A DNA stretch of 64,000 nt from Myxococcota bacterium (GTDB lineage: Bacteria > Myxococcota_A > UBA9160 > SZUA-336): assembly GCA_965247115.1 (NCBI GenBank), contig CBDFGR010000002.1:1344001-1408000 (forward strand). Direction: 5' to 3'. Made by a program: the position numbers and the translations under genes. Positions 28,679 through 37,959 of this stretch are shown in pieces. Each line of letters begins with the position of its first letter. Position 1 is the stretch's first letter. The notes below the pieces were generated by a model, which saw only the letters and a program-made list of their open reading frames with translations, did no database searches and had not been told where the DNA came from.

Positions 28679-29866
28679 ATGACCGACTCTGCTGAGCCAC
28701 GCGCGGCCCTCGATGCCGTGCGCGTGCTCGATCTCGTCGACGAGCGCGGGATATACGGCGTCAAGCTGCTTGCGGATCTCGGCGCAGACGTGGTTCGCGT
28801 GGAGCCTCCGGAAGGCGACCCGCTGAGGGAGCGAGGTCCCTTCAGGACTGGCTCCGGAGCTGCTGATCACTCGCTCTGGTACGCCTTCTACGCGTCGAAC
28901 CGCAAGTTCGCAGCCCTGGACCACGCAACGGAGACGGGTCGGCGTCAGCTCCGAAAGCTCGTGGAGTGGGCCGACGTGATCGTCGACAGCGGCGCCCTGC
29001 AGGAGGCCGGACTCGAGCCGGACTCCCTGCTGGAGGCGAAGCCCACACTCGTGATCGTGAGCGTCTCCTCGTTCGGGCTGGAGGGTCCGTGGAAGGACTA
29101 TCTTGCGCCCGATCTCGTGGCGGGTGCGCTCGGAGGGGTCTGCGCCACGACCGGCGACGTCGATACCCCGCCCCTCAAGGGCTACGGCGAGCTCAACTTC
29201 GTGGTTTCCGGCTGCTACACGGCTATCGCAGCACTCAGCGCGCTGCGCCACGCGCGCGAGACGGGCGAGGGCCAGGTCGTCGAGGCACCGGTCCACGAGG
29301 CAATCGCATCGTGCCTCGAGCAGGTCTTCATGTGGCTCTGGTATCACGAGCGCCTGCCAATGGCGGAGGGCCCGATTCTCCAACGACGGGGATCCCTGCA
29401 CTGGACGAACGCGTACCAGGTCGTGCCCGCAAAGGGCGGCTCGATCATGGTGACGCCGACTCCCAGGCCAGATGCGCAGGTCGCCTGGCTGGCCGAGGAG
29501 GGAGCTCAGCAGGACCTGCTCGACCCGAAGTGGCAGGAGCCCGAGAACCTGTTCCCCATGCTCGAGGCGATCATGAACGCGATGCGGGAGTGGGTCGCCA
29601 CAAAGCAGGTAGAGGAGTTCTTCTTCGCCGCGCAGGAGCGCCATTCGCCGTACGGCTGGGTGCTGGCGCTGGACAGGGTCGCAACGAACCCGCAGCTCGA
29701 AGCACGGGACTGGTGGGCCGAGTACCGGCTCGGGGGCGAGGCCGTTCGGGGGCCAGGCGCACCCTATCGCCTGAGCGGTACTCCCTGGAGAGAGCCGCGC
29801 CCGCAGACGGGGCCCGGGAGCGACACGGCCGCGGTGCTCGCCGAGATCGGCTGGGACGAAGAATGA
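28679..29866 (+). CDS. Class III CoA-transferase (CaiB/BaiF), BbsE-like subunit
   Basis: VRVLDL, LADLGADVVRVEPPEGD, SSFGLEGP, GQVVE. Confidence 0.88.
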   Translation: MTDSAEPRAALDAVRVLDLVDERGIYGVKLLADLGADVVRVEPPEGDPLRERGPFRTGSGAADHSLWYAFYASNRKFAALDHATETGRRQLRKLVEWADVIVDSGALQEAGLEPDSLLEAKPTLVIVSVSSFGLEGPWKDYLAPDLVAGALGGVCATTGDVDTPPLKGYGELNFVVSGCYTAIAALSALRHARETGEGQVVEAPVHEAIASCLEQVFMWLWYHERLPMAEGPILQRRGSLHWTNAYQVVPAKGGSIMVTPTPRPDAQVAWLAEEGAQQDLLDPKWQEPENLFPMLEAIMNAMREWVATKQVEEFFFAAQERHSPYGWVLALDRVATNPQLEARDWWAEYRLGGEAVRGPGAPYRLSGTPWREPRPQTGPGSDTAAVLAEIGWDEE

Positions 29867-31044
29867 CGCGCCCGCTCGAGGACCTTCGCGTACTCGACTT
29901 CACCCACGTCCTGGCAGGGCCCTTCGCAACCCGCATCCTTGGTGACCTCGGAGCCGACGTGATCAAGCTGAACTCGGCCACACGCGAGGCCGGCAACCAC
30001 CCGTACTACATCATGTGGAATCGAAACAAGCGCGCGCTGTCCCTCGACATGACGCAAGCCCGCGCCGTCGAGATCTGCCGCGCGCTGTGCGAGAAGGCCG
30101 ACGTCGTGATCGACAACTTCTCCGTTGGAGTTCTGGATCGCTGGGGGATCGGCTACGACACGGTCGCGAAGGTCAACCCGGGTGTGATCTATCTCGGCAT
30201 GTCGGGAATGGGCGAGGGCGGACCCTGGTCCAAGTTCGTGACCTACGCGCCGACGATTCACGCGCTGTCCGGCCTCACGTACCTCACCGGCGTGCCCGGA
30301 CGCGAGGACATCGGCATTGGCTTCTCGTACAACGACCACGTAGCGGGGCTCCACGGTGCGGTGGTCCTACTGGCCGCCCTCGAGGCCCGGCGCTCGACTG
30401 GCCGGGGACAACGCATCGACATGTCGCAGTTCGAGGTGGGGGTCAGCGTGTCAGGACCCGCGCTGCTCGACCTCTTTTCGAGCGCTCGCGCCGCACGGCC
30501 CTGCGGCAATCGCCTGCCCTACGACAAGGCGGCGCCACACGACTGCTACCCCTGTGCCGGCGATGATCGCTGGGTGGCCATCGCGGTGATGAGCGAGGAG
30601 CAGTGGCACGCGTTCCGCGGCGTCATGGGGGACCCCGACTGGGCTCGCGATCCGCGCTTTCGCAGCGTCGAAGAGCGCCTCGGGAATCTCGCCACGCTCG
30701 ACGCGCAGGTGGCGGCCTGGACCGGGTCCCGGAGCGCGGAGCAGGTGGAAGAGCTTTGCCAGGCTGCGGGTGTGCCGGCAGGTGTCGTCCAGAGCGGCAC
30801 GGACCTCGCGGAGCGCGACCCGCAGCTGCGCCTGTCGGGCTTCCTGAGCGAGCTCGAAGATCCCCACCCCGAGTTCGGCACGACATACGCCGACCGCCTG
30901 CCTCTCCACTTCCAGAAGACACCGACAGACGTCTACGAGCGCCCGCGTACGGTGGGCGAGGACAACGCAGCCGTGCTCGGCGACTGGCTCGCCATGACCG
31001 AAGCCGAGGTCCGCGCAAGAGAAGAGGACGGCACGCTCCACTAG
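29863..31044 (+). CDS. Class III CoA-transferase (CaiB/BaiF), BbsF-like catalytic subunit
   Basis: ATGA overlap; RVLDFTHVLAGP, NRNKR, DNFS, SYNDHVAG (catalytic Asp), GRGQRIDMSQ. Confidence 0.9.
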   Translation: MTRPLEDLRVLDFTHVLAGPFATRILGDLGADVIKLNSATREAGNHPYYIMWNRNKRALSLDMTQARAVEICRALCEKADVVIDNFSVGVLDRWGIGYDTVAKVNPGVIYLGMSGMGEGGPWSKFVTYAPTIHALSGLTYLTGVPGREDIGIGFSYNDHVAGLHGAVVLLAALEARRSTGRGQRIDMSQFEVGVSVSGPALLDLFSSARAARPCGNRLPYDKAAPHDCYPCAGDDRWVAIAVMSEEQWHAFRGVMGDPDWARDPRFRSVEERLGNLATLDAQVAAWTGSRSAEQVEELCQAAGVPAGVVQSGTDLAERDPQLRLSGFLSELEDPHPEFGTTYADRLPLHFQKTPTDVYERPRTVGEDNAAVLGDWLAMTEAEVRAREEDGTLH

Positions 31045-31047
31045 ACA

Positions 31048-31240
31048 GAGCACCCAGCAAGCGCCGCATAGCCACGCGCGAAGTTCGGGAGCACCCAGCA
31101 AGCGCCGCGAGCGGCGCGCGCAGCGAAGGCCGCTAGGCCTGAGCGAAGAGCGGGTGGCCGTCAGCGGCCCGCGGGTCGCTGACCCGCGGGAGGACCGCTC
31201 GCGCGCCGGGTCCCGCAAGGCCGGCGCCGGGTCCCGCAAG
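31048..31240. repeat. REP-like composite intergenic element (two direct-repeat pairs and a perfect hairpin)
   Basis: GAGCACCCAGCAAGCGCCGC at 31048 and 31089; GCGCCGGGTCCCGCAAG at 31203 and 31224; CCCGCGGGTC-GCT-GACCCGCGGG at 31168-31190. Confidence 0.7.
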
Positions 31241-31246
31241 ACACGG

Positions 31247-32476
31247 CTAGAGAGTCGTGAGCAGTCGGTACGGCTGCTCCAGGTTGCGCCGCACGCTCTG
31301 GAGGTACTGTGCTGCCGGTGCACCGTCCAACAGGCGGTGATCAAAGGTCAGGCTCAGCGTCAGGAACGAGCGCCGCTCGATCTCTGTCCCAGAGTCTCCC
31401 ACGAAGGCGGGCCGGTCCACGATGCGACCAACACCGAGGATGGCCGCCTGAGGCGGGTTGATGATCGGCGTGAACACGTCGATGTCATACATCCCGAGAG
31501 ACGTGACGGTGAAGGTCCCGCGGGTCAGCTCGTCTGGTGTGAGATTCCCCGTGCGGGCTTTGCCCGCCAGCTCTGCAGCTTCGCGCGCCAGCTCCTTGAG
31601 TGGCTTTGCATCGGCGTCGAGGATTACCGGCACGATGAGCCCTTCCTCCAAGGCCACCGCGAAGCCAACATGGACCTGCGGCTGCACGCGGATGCTGCCC
31701 TCCTCGAGCCGCGAGTTCAGCCGGGGGTGCTCGCGCAACGCCAGCGCCGCCGCCTTGATGAGCAGGTCCGTGTAGCTGACGCGAACGTCCTCTGCTTCCC
31801 AGGCAGCGACGAGATCCCCGCGCAGCTTGACTGCGTCGGTCACGTCGACTTCCATGGCCAGAGTGAGCTGGGACATGCTCTGCACGGACTGCAGCATGCG
31901 GTCCCCGACGATGCGGCGGATGCCGCGGTAGGCGAGCTCACCCGACAGGGGCTCGAGGCCTGAGGACTGGGCCGCGCCGATCTGGCGAGCAGCCAGGGCC
32001 GCCTCGACGTCGCCGCGTACGATGCGGCCTGCGGGTCCCGTCGCCTGGATCCTGGCGAGATCGAGGCCGTGCTCCTCCGCTAGACGCTTGGCCGTGGGAG
32101 ACGCCTTGATACGCCCGCCGGGCGCGGTCGTGGGGCGGGCAGCCACAGGCTTCGATCGCGGACCGCCCCCCGGTGCAGGGGCTGCGATCGGGGACTCCGT
32201 GCGGGCTGCGCTCGGGGTTGGGAGGTCAGGCAACTCCTCGCCCTCTGCCAGCACATACGCGACCAAGGCGCCCGCCAGGACGGTAGCGTCCACTGGCTCG
32301 ATCACGCGGACCGTGCCCGCGGTCTCGGAGTTCACCTCGGTGTCGATCTTCTCCGTCTCGAACGAGAAGAGCGGTTGGTCCGCCGCCACGCTGTCTCCGT
32401 CCTGGACGAACCACTCTGTGATGGTGCCCTCGGTCATGGTGGCGCCCATCTTGGGCAGCAGGACTCGCTCCGCCAT
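31247..32476 (-). CDS. Dihydrolipoamide acyltransferase E2 (AcoC-like)
   Basis: Lipoyl domain ETEKI; E3-binding ASPTAKRLA..GPAGRI; TFDHRLLDG. Confidence 0.92.
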   Translation of the reverse strand: MAERVLLPKMGATMTEGTITEWFVQDGDSVAADQPLFSFETEKIDTEVNSETAGTVRVIEPVDATVLAGALVAYVLAEGEELPDLPTPSAARTESPIAAPAPGGGPRSKPVAARPTTAPGGRIKASPTAKRLAEEHGLDLARIQATGPAGRIVRGDVEAALAARQIGAAQSSGLEPLSGELAYRGIRRIVGDRMLQSVQSMSQLTLAMEVDVTDAVKLRGDLVAAWEAEDVRVSYTDLLIKAAALALREHPRLNSRLEEGSIRVQPQVHVGFAVALEEGLIVPVILDADAKPLKELAREAAELAGKARTGNLTPDELTRGTFTVTSLGMYDIDVFTPIINPPQAAILGVGRIVDRPAFVGDSGTEIERRSFLTLSLTFDHRLLDGAPAAQYLQSVRRNLEQPYRLLTTL

Positions 32477-32503
32477 GCTCTGTCTCCCTCTGCTCCGAAC
32501 CTT

Positions 32504-33493
32504 CTAGCGGAGAAATCCGCAGTCGCGTGCGGCCGCCAGGCAGCGTGCAATGTCGACGACTGGAGGCCCCGACCGTGAGACGGCGAGTGTCGCGCGCTCG
32601 TCCGCTCTCAGACTGAGCTCGCGTTCCCCGTCCAGCGCTAACAGCGCCGGACCGCTGACCCGAATGCTATCACCAAACCGCAGCCGATGGACGCTCGCGA
32701 GTGAGACCCGGCGGATCATCCCCGGGGCAATGGCGGCCGAGACGACGCGCTCGCCCTCCCCGATCTTCAAGTGGAGCCCGCAGTCGTCTTCCGCCGTCAC
32801 CGAGGTCACCATGCCGCCGACGGCAGACATGCCGATCGCGTCGGGTTGTGCCCGTGTCAGGACGACCTCGCGCACGTCCTCCACGTTCCAGATGGCGCGG
32901 GCGCCGACGAAACGGCCCTCCATCACGACGGCGTCGATCAACGCTACCTCCCGGCGCCCACCGTCGAGCTCGATCTCGATCCACTTGCAGCGCCGCGTGG
33001 CCTCGCTGGTGTCGACCTTCCCCGCTGCGATCGCTCCCGCCGCTAGTCCCGCGACGGTGGCCTCCACCATCACGGGGAATACGTTGTTGGTGCCGGTAGA
33101 GATGGGGACCAGCGGGACGTCGCTCGCGCCCTTGGCCAGCACCCGATTCGTGCCGTCGCCACCCAGGCTGACAATGACCCGCGCGCCGGCCGCCCTCATG
33201 GCGGCCGCGGCCGCTGTGGTGTCCTCCGCGCTGGCCCGCAGCGACGTGCCCACCGGCAGCACTTCGGCCTTTAGGTCCAGCCCCTCGAGTGCGCGCGGGA
33301 CGATCTGCGCGCGGTCGACCATGTACAGGATGCGTGGAACGGACGCCGCTTCGAGGGCCAGGACCACGCGCCGCACGATGTTGATCTTCTCTGCGGTGTC
33401 GAAGACGGACGCGTGCGCGACCAGGCGACGGATGTCCTTGCCCGAGGCAGGATTCGCGATGATCCCGGCCTGGGCCACCGTCGCTCTTTCCAT
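32504..33493 (-). CDS. acoX: NAD kinase-like protein of the AcoX family
   Basis: GIIANPASGKDIRRLVA, LGGDGTNR, STGTNNVFP, LDGERE; located in an aco-type cluster. Confidence 0.8.
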   Translation of the reverse strand: MERATVAQAGIIANPASGKDIRRLVAHASVFDTAEKINIVRRVVLALEAASVPRILYMVDRAQIVPRALEGLDLKAEVLPVGTSLRASAEDTTAAAAAMRAAGARVIVSLGGDGTNRVLAKGASDVPLVPISTGTNNVFPVMVEATVAGLAAGAIAAGKVDTSEATRRCKWIEIELDGGRREVALIDAVVMEGRFVGARAIWNVEDVREVVLTRAQPDAIGMSAVGGMVTSVTAEDDCGLHLKIGEGERVVSAAIAPGMIRRVSLASVHRLRFGDSIRVSGPALLALDGERELSLRADERATLAVSRSGPPVVDIARCLAAARDCGFLR

Positions 33494-33516
33494 CGTGTCC
33501 CTCGAACGAGCTGCCG

Positions 33517-34485
33517 CTACGCCAGGATCTCCTCGACGGCGGTGATGACCTCTGCTTTGCCCGGCAGCCAGGCTTGCTCCAGGATGGGGCTGAAAGGGAC
33601 GGGACTGAAAGGAGCCCCCACGCGCTTGACCGGCGCGTCCAGGTAGTCGAAGGCCCGCTCCTGAATCGACGCCGCGATCTCCGCACCCAGACCGCAGAAA
33701 TTCACCGCTTCCTGCACGACGACGGCGCGGCTTGTCTTCTGCACGGACTCCACGATCGTATCCATGTCGAGTGGCGAGAGCGTCCGTGGGTCGATGATCT
33801 CGACACTGATACCGCGCTCGGACAGCTCTTCCGCAGCGTCGAGAGCGTCCTTCACCAGCCAGCCCGTCGCGATCACTGTCACGTCGGTGCCTTCACGCTT
33901 GACGTCGGCAACGCCGAGCGGGACGACGTAGGGCTCGTCCGGCACCTCTGCGCGCAGCCGGCCGATACGCTTGTTCTCGATGAAGATGACGGGATTGTCC
34001 TCGCGGATCGACGCGATCAGCAGGCCCTTCGCATCGTACGGTCCGGAGGGCATCACCACCTTGAGCCCGGGAATGTGGCAGAACCACGCCTCGAGGCTCT
34101 GGCTGTGCTGCGCGGCCATGCTGAGCCCGGCCCCCGCGGCGGTGCGCACAACGATCGGAAGCTTCGCCTTGCCGCCGAACATGTACTTCATCTTGGCCAT
34201 CTGGTTCAGGACCTGGTCCCCGCACACGCCCATGAAGTCGATGAACATGATCTCGACGATGGGACGCAGACCCGCTGCCGCAGCTCCCACGGCCATCCCC
34301 GCGATTCCGGCCTCCGAGATCGGCGTGGGGATCACGCGCTCCGGTCCGAACTTCTCCATCAGTCCGCGAGACGCGCCGAAGATGCCGACGTGAACGTCGA
34401 TGCCGGCAATAAACACGTCGGGATCGCGGTCCATCTCCTGCACGTGGGCTTCAGACAGCGCCTGGCCCGTGTTCTTTACCGACAT
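33517..34485 (-). CDS. acoB: TPP-dependent dehydrogenase E1 beta (acetoin dehydrogenase-like)
   Basis: TPISEAG, EIMFIDF, AAQHSQSLEAW, DPRTLSPLD; TGATG overlap. Confidence 0.85.
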   Translation of the reverse strand: MSVKNTGQALSEAHVQEMDRDPDVFIAGIDVHVGIFGASRGLMEKFGPERVIPTPISEAGIAGMAVGAAAAGLRPIVEIMFIDFMGVCGDQVLNQMAKMKYMFGGKAKLPIVVRTAAGAGLSMAAQHSQSLEAWFCHIPGLKVVMPSGPYDAKGLLIASIREDNPVIFIENKRIGRLRAEVPDEPYVVPLGVADVKREGTDVTVIATGWLVKDALDAAEELSERGISVEIIDPRTLSPLDMDTIVESVQKTSRAVVVQEAVNFCGLGAEIAASIQERAFDYLDAPVKRVGAPFSPVPFSPILEQAWLPGKAEVITAVEEILA

Positions 34486-35462
34486 CAGACCGTGGCCTCC
34501 GTATAGACGTCTTCGAGCAGAGAGCTCGGGTCCGGGTCCGGGCTCTCCTCGGCGAAACGGACGGCCTCGTCCATCTCCGCCTTGATCCGGGCGACGATCG
34601 CGTCGGCCCCCTCTTCGCTGAGCGTCCCGTGCTCCGCGAGCTGCTTGCGCAGGCCGAGGATCGGGTCGCGAGCGCGCCAGATCTTCTCTTCCTCCTCGGA
34701 TCGCCCTGCTTCCATGCCCAGACGCACGCCGCTGTGTTCGTAGTAGCGGTAGGTCTTGCACTCGAGCAGGGTCGGACCCTCGCCACGGCGGGCGCGCGCG
34801 ACAGCCTCGGCGGTCGCCTCGTACACGGCGACGACGTCCATGCCGTCGACGATGAACCCTGGCATGGCGTAGCCCGGTGCGCGGTCCACGATGTCTTCGA
34901 TAGCCTGGTGGTCCTTCTGCGCAGTGAGCTCGCCGTACAGGTTGTTCTCCGCGACAAAGACCAGCGGGACCTTGAAGAGCGAGGCCATGTTCGCGGCCTC
35001 GTGAAAGGCGCCCTCGTTGGAAGCTCCATCGCCGAAGAAGCACGCCGCCACGTTGCCGTCCTTTCGGTACTTCGCGGCAAAGGCCGCGCCTAGCGCGATC
35101 GGTGCACCGCCGCCGACGATGCCGTTCGCACCGAGCATGCCGATGTCGAGGTCGGCAATGTGCATGGAGCCTCCCTTCCCCTTGCAGTAGCCGGTGGACT
35201 TTGCGAAGAGCTCCGCGAACATCCGCTTGGGGTCACCGCCCTTCGCGAGCACGTGCCCGTGCCCGCGGTGGGTCGACGTGATGTAGTCGCTGTCCGTCAG
35301 GTTTGCGCAGACACCGACCGCGACTGCCTCCTCGCCCACGTACAGGTGGACGAGCCCAGGCAGACGGTTCTCGCGGTGCAGCTCGCCTGTCTTCTCCTCG
35401 AACTCGCGGATCAGCACCATCCGCTCGTACAGCTCGATCAGCTTCTCGTCGGGAATGTCCAT
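34485..35462 (-). CDS. acoA: TPP-dependent dehydrogenase E1 alpha (acetoin dehydrogenase-like)
   Basis: HLYVGEEA, STHRGHGH, GKGGSMH, GDGASNEG...ENN TPP motif. Confidence 0.85.
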   Translation of the reverse strand: MDIPDEKLIELYERMVLIREFEEKTGELHRENRLPGLVHLYVGEEAVAVGVCANLTDSDYITSTHRGHGHVLAKGGDPKRMFAELFAKSTGYCKGKGGSMHIADLDIGMLGANGIVGGGAPIALGAAFAAKYRKDGNVAACFFGDGASNEGAFHEAANMASLFKVPLVFVAENNLYGELTAQKDHQAIEDIVDRAPGYAMPGFIVDGMDVVAVYEATAEAVARARRGEGPTLLECKTYRYYEHSGVRLGMEAGRSEEEEKIWRARDPILGLRKQLAEHGTLSEEGADAIVARIKAEMDEAVRFAEESPDPDPSSLLEDVYTEATV

Positions 35463-35490
35463 CTCTACTGTCTCCCTTCGCTGGGCCTGG

Positions 35491-36585
35491 CTAGGCTGCC
35501 CAGCCCTGCAGCTCGGCCGCCCGCGCACGCAGGACCTCGGGTCCTCCGAGCAGCTGACGATCGAGGCCAATGCGCTTGAACCAGAGGTGCAGGTTCTGCT
35601 CGTCGGTGAACCCGATGCCCCCGTGCACCTTGGTCGAGGTCGTCGCAATGAACGACCCGACTTCCGAAAGGTGCGCCTTGCTGTGTGCGATCGCGAAGGG
35701 CGCCTCGTCCGGCATCTCTGCCAGCGCGTGCGCCGCGAACCAGAAGAGAGAGCGAGCCGGCTCGAGCTCCGAGGCCATCTCCGCGCACATGTGCTTGACC
35801 GCCTGGAACGACCCGATCACGCGCCCGAACTGCGTGCGCTGCAGTGAGTATTCGACGGCCTGGTTGAGCATCGCCTCGCAGGCCCCGACCATGTCGCCTG
35901 TCAGGATCACGCGACCTGCATCGAGCATCCGCTCGATCGCAGCACCGGCCCGCCCGGGCTCGCCGAGCAGCTCGTCGGGAGAGACGCCGTCGAAGACGAC
36001 CTCAGCGAGCTGGCGCGTCCCATCGATGGTCGAAAGACCCTCGACCGCAACGCCGCGAGCATCGGTCCGCACGAGCGCGAGATCGGCGCCCGCCGTGCTC
36101 ACCAGGATCACGTCCGCGCCGGGCAGGTCGATCGCCATCAGCGCCTTGCCCTGCAGTCGGCCGCTCTCGAACCGCACCGCCGCGCCCTCCCGACGCGAGA
36201 AGACTTCCGTAGTGGCGACTCCAACACGCACGTCTCCAGTAGCGATGCGGGGCAGCCACTCCCGCTGCGTCTCCGGCGTGCCCGCTTCGAGCAGGGCGAC
36301 CGGCGCCAGTACCGCACTGCCGAGGAAGGGCGCCGGTGTGACGCGCCGCCCCATCACCTGCGCAATCAGCGCGGCGTCGAGGAAGGTCAGCCCGCTTCCC
36401 CCGTGCTCCTCCGGGATGAGCACGCCCGCGGCGCCGAGCTTCGCGAGCTCGGACCAGAGCACGGCGATCTCACTCGGATCTCCCTTCAGGAGCTCGCGCA
36501 CGCGCGGGACGGGAACATTCTCGTCGAGATAGCCGTCGAACGTCGACTCCAGCAGGCGCTGCTCGTCGGACAGCGAAAAGTCCAT
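35491..36585 (-). CDS. Acyl-CoA dehydrogenase family, probable non-catalytic partner subunit
   Basis: MDFSLSDEQ, RTQFGRVIGSFQAVKH, VHGGIGFT; TGATG coupling to the upstream ACAD. Confidence 0.88.
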   Translation of the reverse strand: MDFSLSDEQRLLESTFDGYLDENVPVPRVRELLKGDPSEIAVLWSELAKLGAAGVLIPEEHGGSGLTFLDAALIAQVMGRRVTPAPFLGSAVLAPVALLEAGTPETQREWLPRIATGDVRVGVATTEVFSRREGAAVRFESGRLQGKALMAIDLPGADVILVSTAGADLALVRTDARGVAVEGLSTIDGTRQLAEVVFDGVSPDELLGEPGRAGAAIERMLDAGRVILTGDMVGACEAMLNQAVEYSLQRTQFGRVIGSFQAVKHMCAEMASELEPARSLFWFAAHALAEMPDEAPFAIAHSKAHLSEVGSFIATTSTKVHGGIGFTDEQNLHLWFKRIGLDRQLLGGPEVLRARAAELQGWAA

Positions 36586-37793
36586 CAGTGCTTCTCCGCG
36601 CCGACCTTCGGCTCTCGGGGCATACCGAGACCGCGCTCGGAGATGATGTTCTTCTGGATCTGCTCGGTTCCCCCGCCGATGATCAGCCCCACGGTGAACA
36701 TGTACTGGAACTGCCAGATCCCTCCGTCCCGCTCGTACTTTGACTTGTTGTAGAGCGCACCAAGCTCTCCCATGACGTCCAGGGCAAGGGCCGCAATGTC
36801 GTGGTTGAGCTGGCAGCCCTGGAGCTTGACGACGAGACCGGCGACGCCGGGTGGCTCCTCGCGCAGGGTGCAGGTCAGGAGCCGCATGGAGTGGTACTTC
36901 ATCGTCAGCGTGCGGGCCTGCACGCGGAGCAGACGATCGCGGAACACGGGACTGTCGATAGCCCGCACGCCGTTGCGGGTCTCCTTCTGCATGAGCGCGA
37001 TCAGCGAGCGCAGCAGGGATTCCGTCTGCGTCGCGCTGCCGAGTGAGTTGCGCTCGTGCTTGAGCGTGGTGTTCGCGATCTTCCAGCCCTCGCCACGGGC
37101 GCCCACCACGTTCGACTTGGGCACGCGCACGTCCGTGAAGAAGACCTGATTGAACTCGGCCGCGCCAGTCATGGTGCGCAGCGGGCTCACTTCGATTCCC
37201 GGCGTGTCCATCTTGAGCAGGATGTAGCTGATCCCCCCGTGCTTCGACTCGTTGGGCTCCGTGCGGACGAGGACGAAGATCCAGTCGGCCATGTGGGCCA
37301 GGCTCGTCCAGATCTTCTGGCCATTGATCAGGAAGTCGTCGCCGTCCTCTTTTGCCGAGGTTTGCAGGCTGGCCAGGTCGCTTCCCGAGCCAGGCTCGGA
37401 GTAGCCCTGGCACCAGGCCTCCTCACCCGTGAGTGCTGGGCGGATGAAGCGGAGCCTCTGCTCCTCGGTGCCGTGCTCGAGCAAGGTTGGCGTGAGATAG
37501 GTGACGCCCATTCCCCCGTGACCCGCCTGGATGCCGGCCTCAGAGAACTCCTCGTCGAGGATGATGGTTTTGAGCAGATCGGGCTCACCGCCGTGCCCGC
37601 CGTACTTCGAGGGAACCGTCCGCGCGTGGTAGCCGCGCCCGATCAGGAGCTTCTGCCACGCCGTTTGCTGAGGGCCCGGTCGACCCGCTCCCATGCGCCT
37701 CTGGCGCTTTGGGGCACGGTCTGTGTGTGCCTCGAGAAACTCCCGTACCTCGGCGCGAAAGAACTCGTATTCCTTGCCGTAGCTCAGCTCCAC
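36585..37793 (-). CDS. Acyl-CoA dehydrogenase
   Basis: WCQGYSEPGSGSDLASL, NGQKIWTS, LKHER, IGGGTEQIQKNII. Confidence 0.92.
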   Translation of the reverse strand: MELSYGKEYEFFRAEVREFLEAHTDRAPKRQRRMGAGRPGPQQTAWQKLLIGRGYHARTVPSKYGGHGGEPDLLKTIILDEEFSEAGIQAGHGGMGVTYLTPTLLEHGTEEQRLRFIRPALTGEEAWCQGYSEPGSGSDLASLQTSAKEDGDDFLINGQKIWTSLAHMADWIFVLVRTEPNESKHGGISYILLKMDTPGIEVSPLRTMTGAAEFNQVFFTDVRVPKSNVVGARGEGWKIANTTLKHERNSLGSATQTESLLRSLIALMQKETRNGVRAIDSPVFRDRLLRVQARTLTMKYHSMRLLTCTLREEPPGVAGLVVKLQGCQLNHDIAALALDVMGELGALYNKSKYERDGGIWQFQYMFTVGLIIGGGTEQIQKNIISERGLGMPREPKVGAEKH

Positions 37794-37959
37794 AGGGCGT
37801 CCTCCCGGCCAAGTACTTGCCGGCTGGAGAGTGGGGGACCTGGCTCGAAGTCTATACCGGCCGGGAATCCCGTTTCCAGCGGCCCCACCGACCTGCCCCT
37901 GAACGGACCTCGATCACTCTACAATGGGATCCTGCGTTCCGAGCAGAGGAGGACAGCTC

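Noticed and set aside
31048..31108. Possible mini-CRISPR (20-bp repeat, 21-bp spacer)
   Set aside because: Only two copies, repeat and spacer too short, no leader and no cas genes in the window
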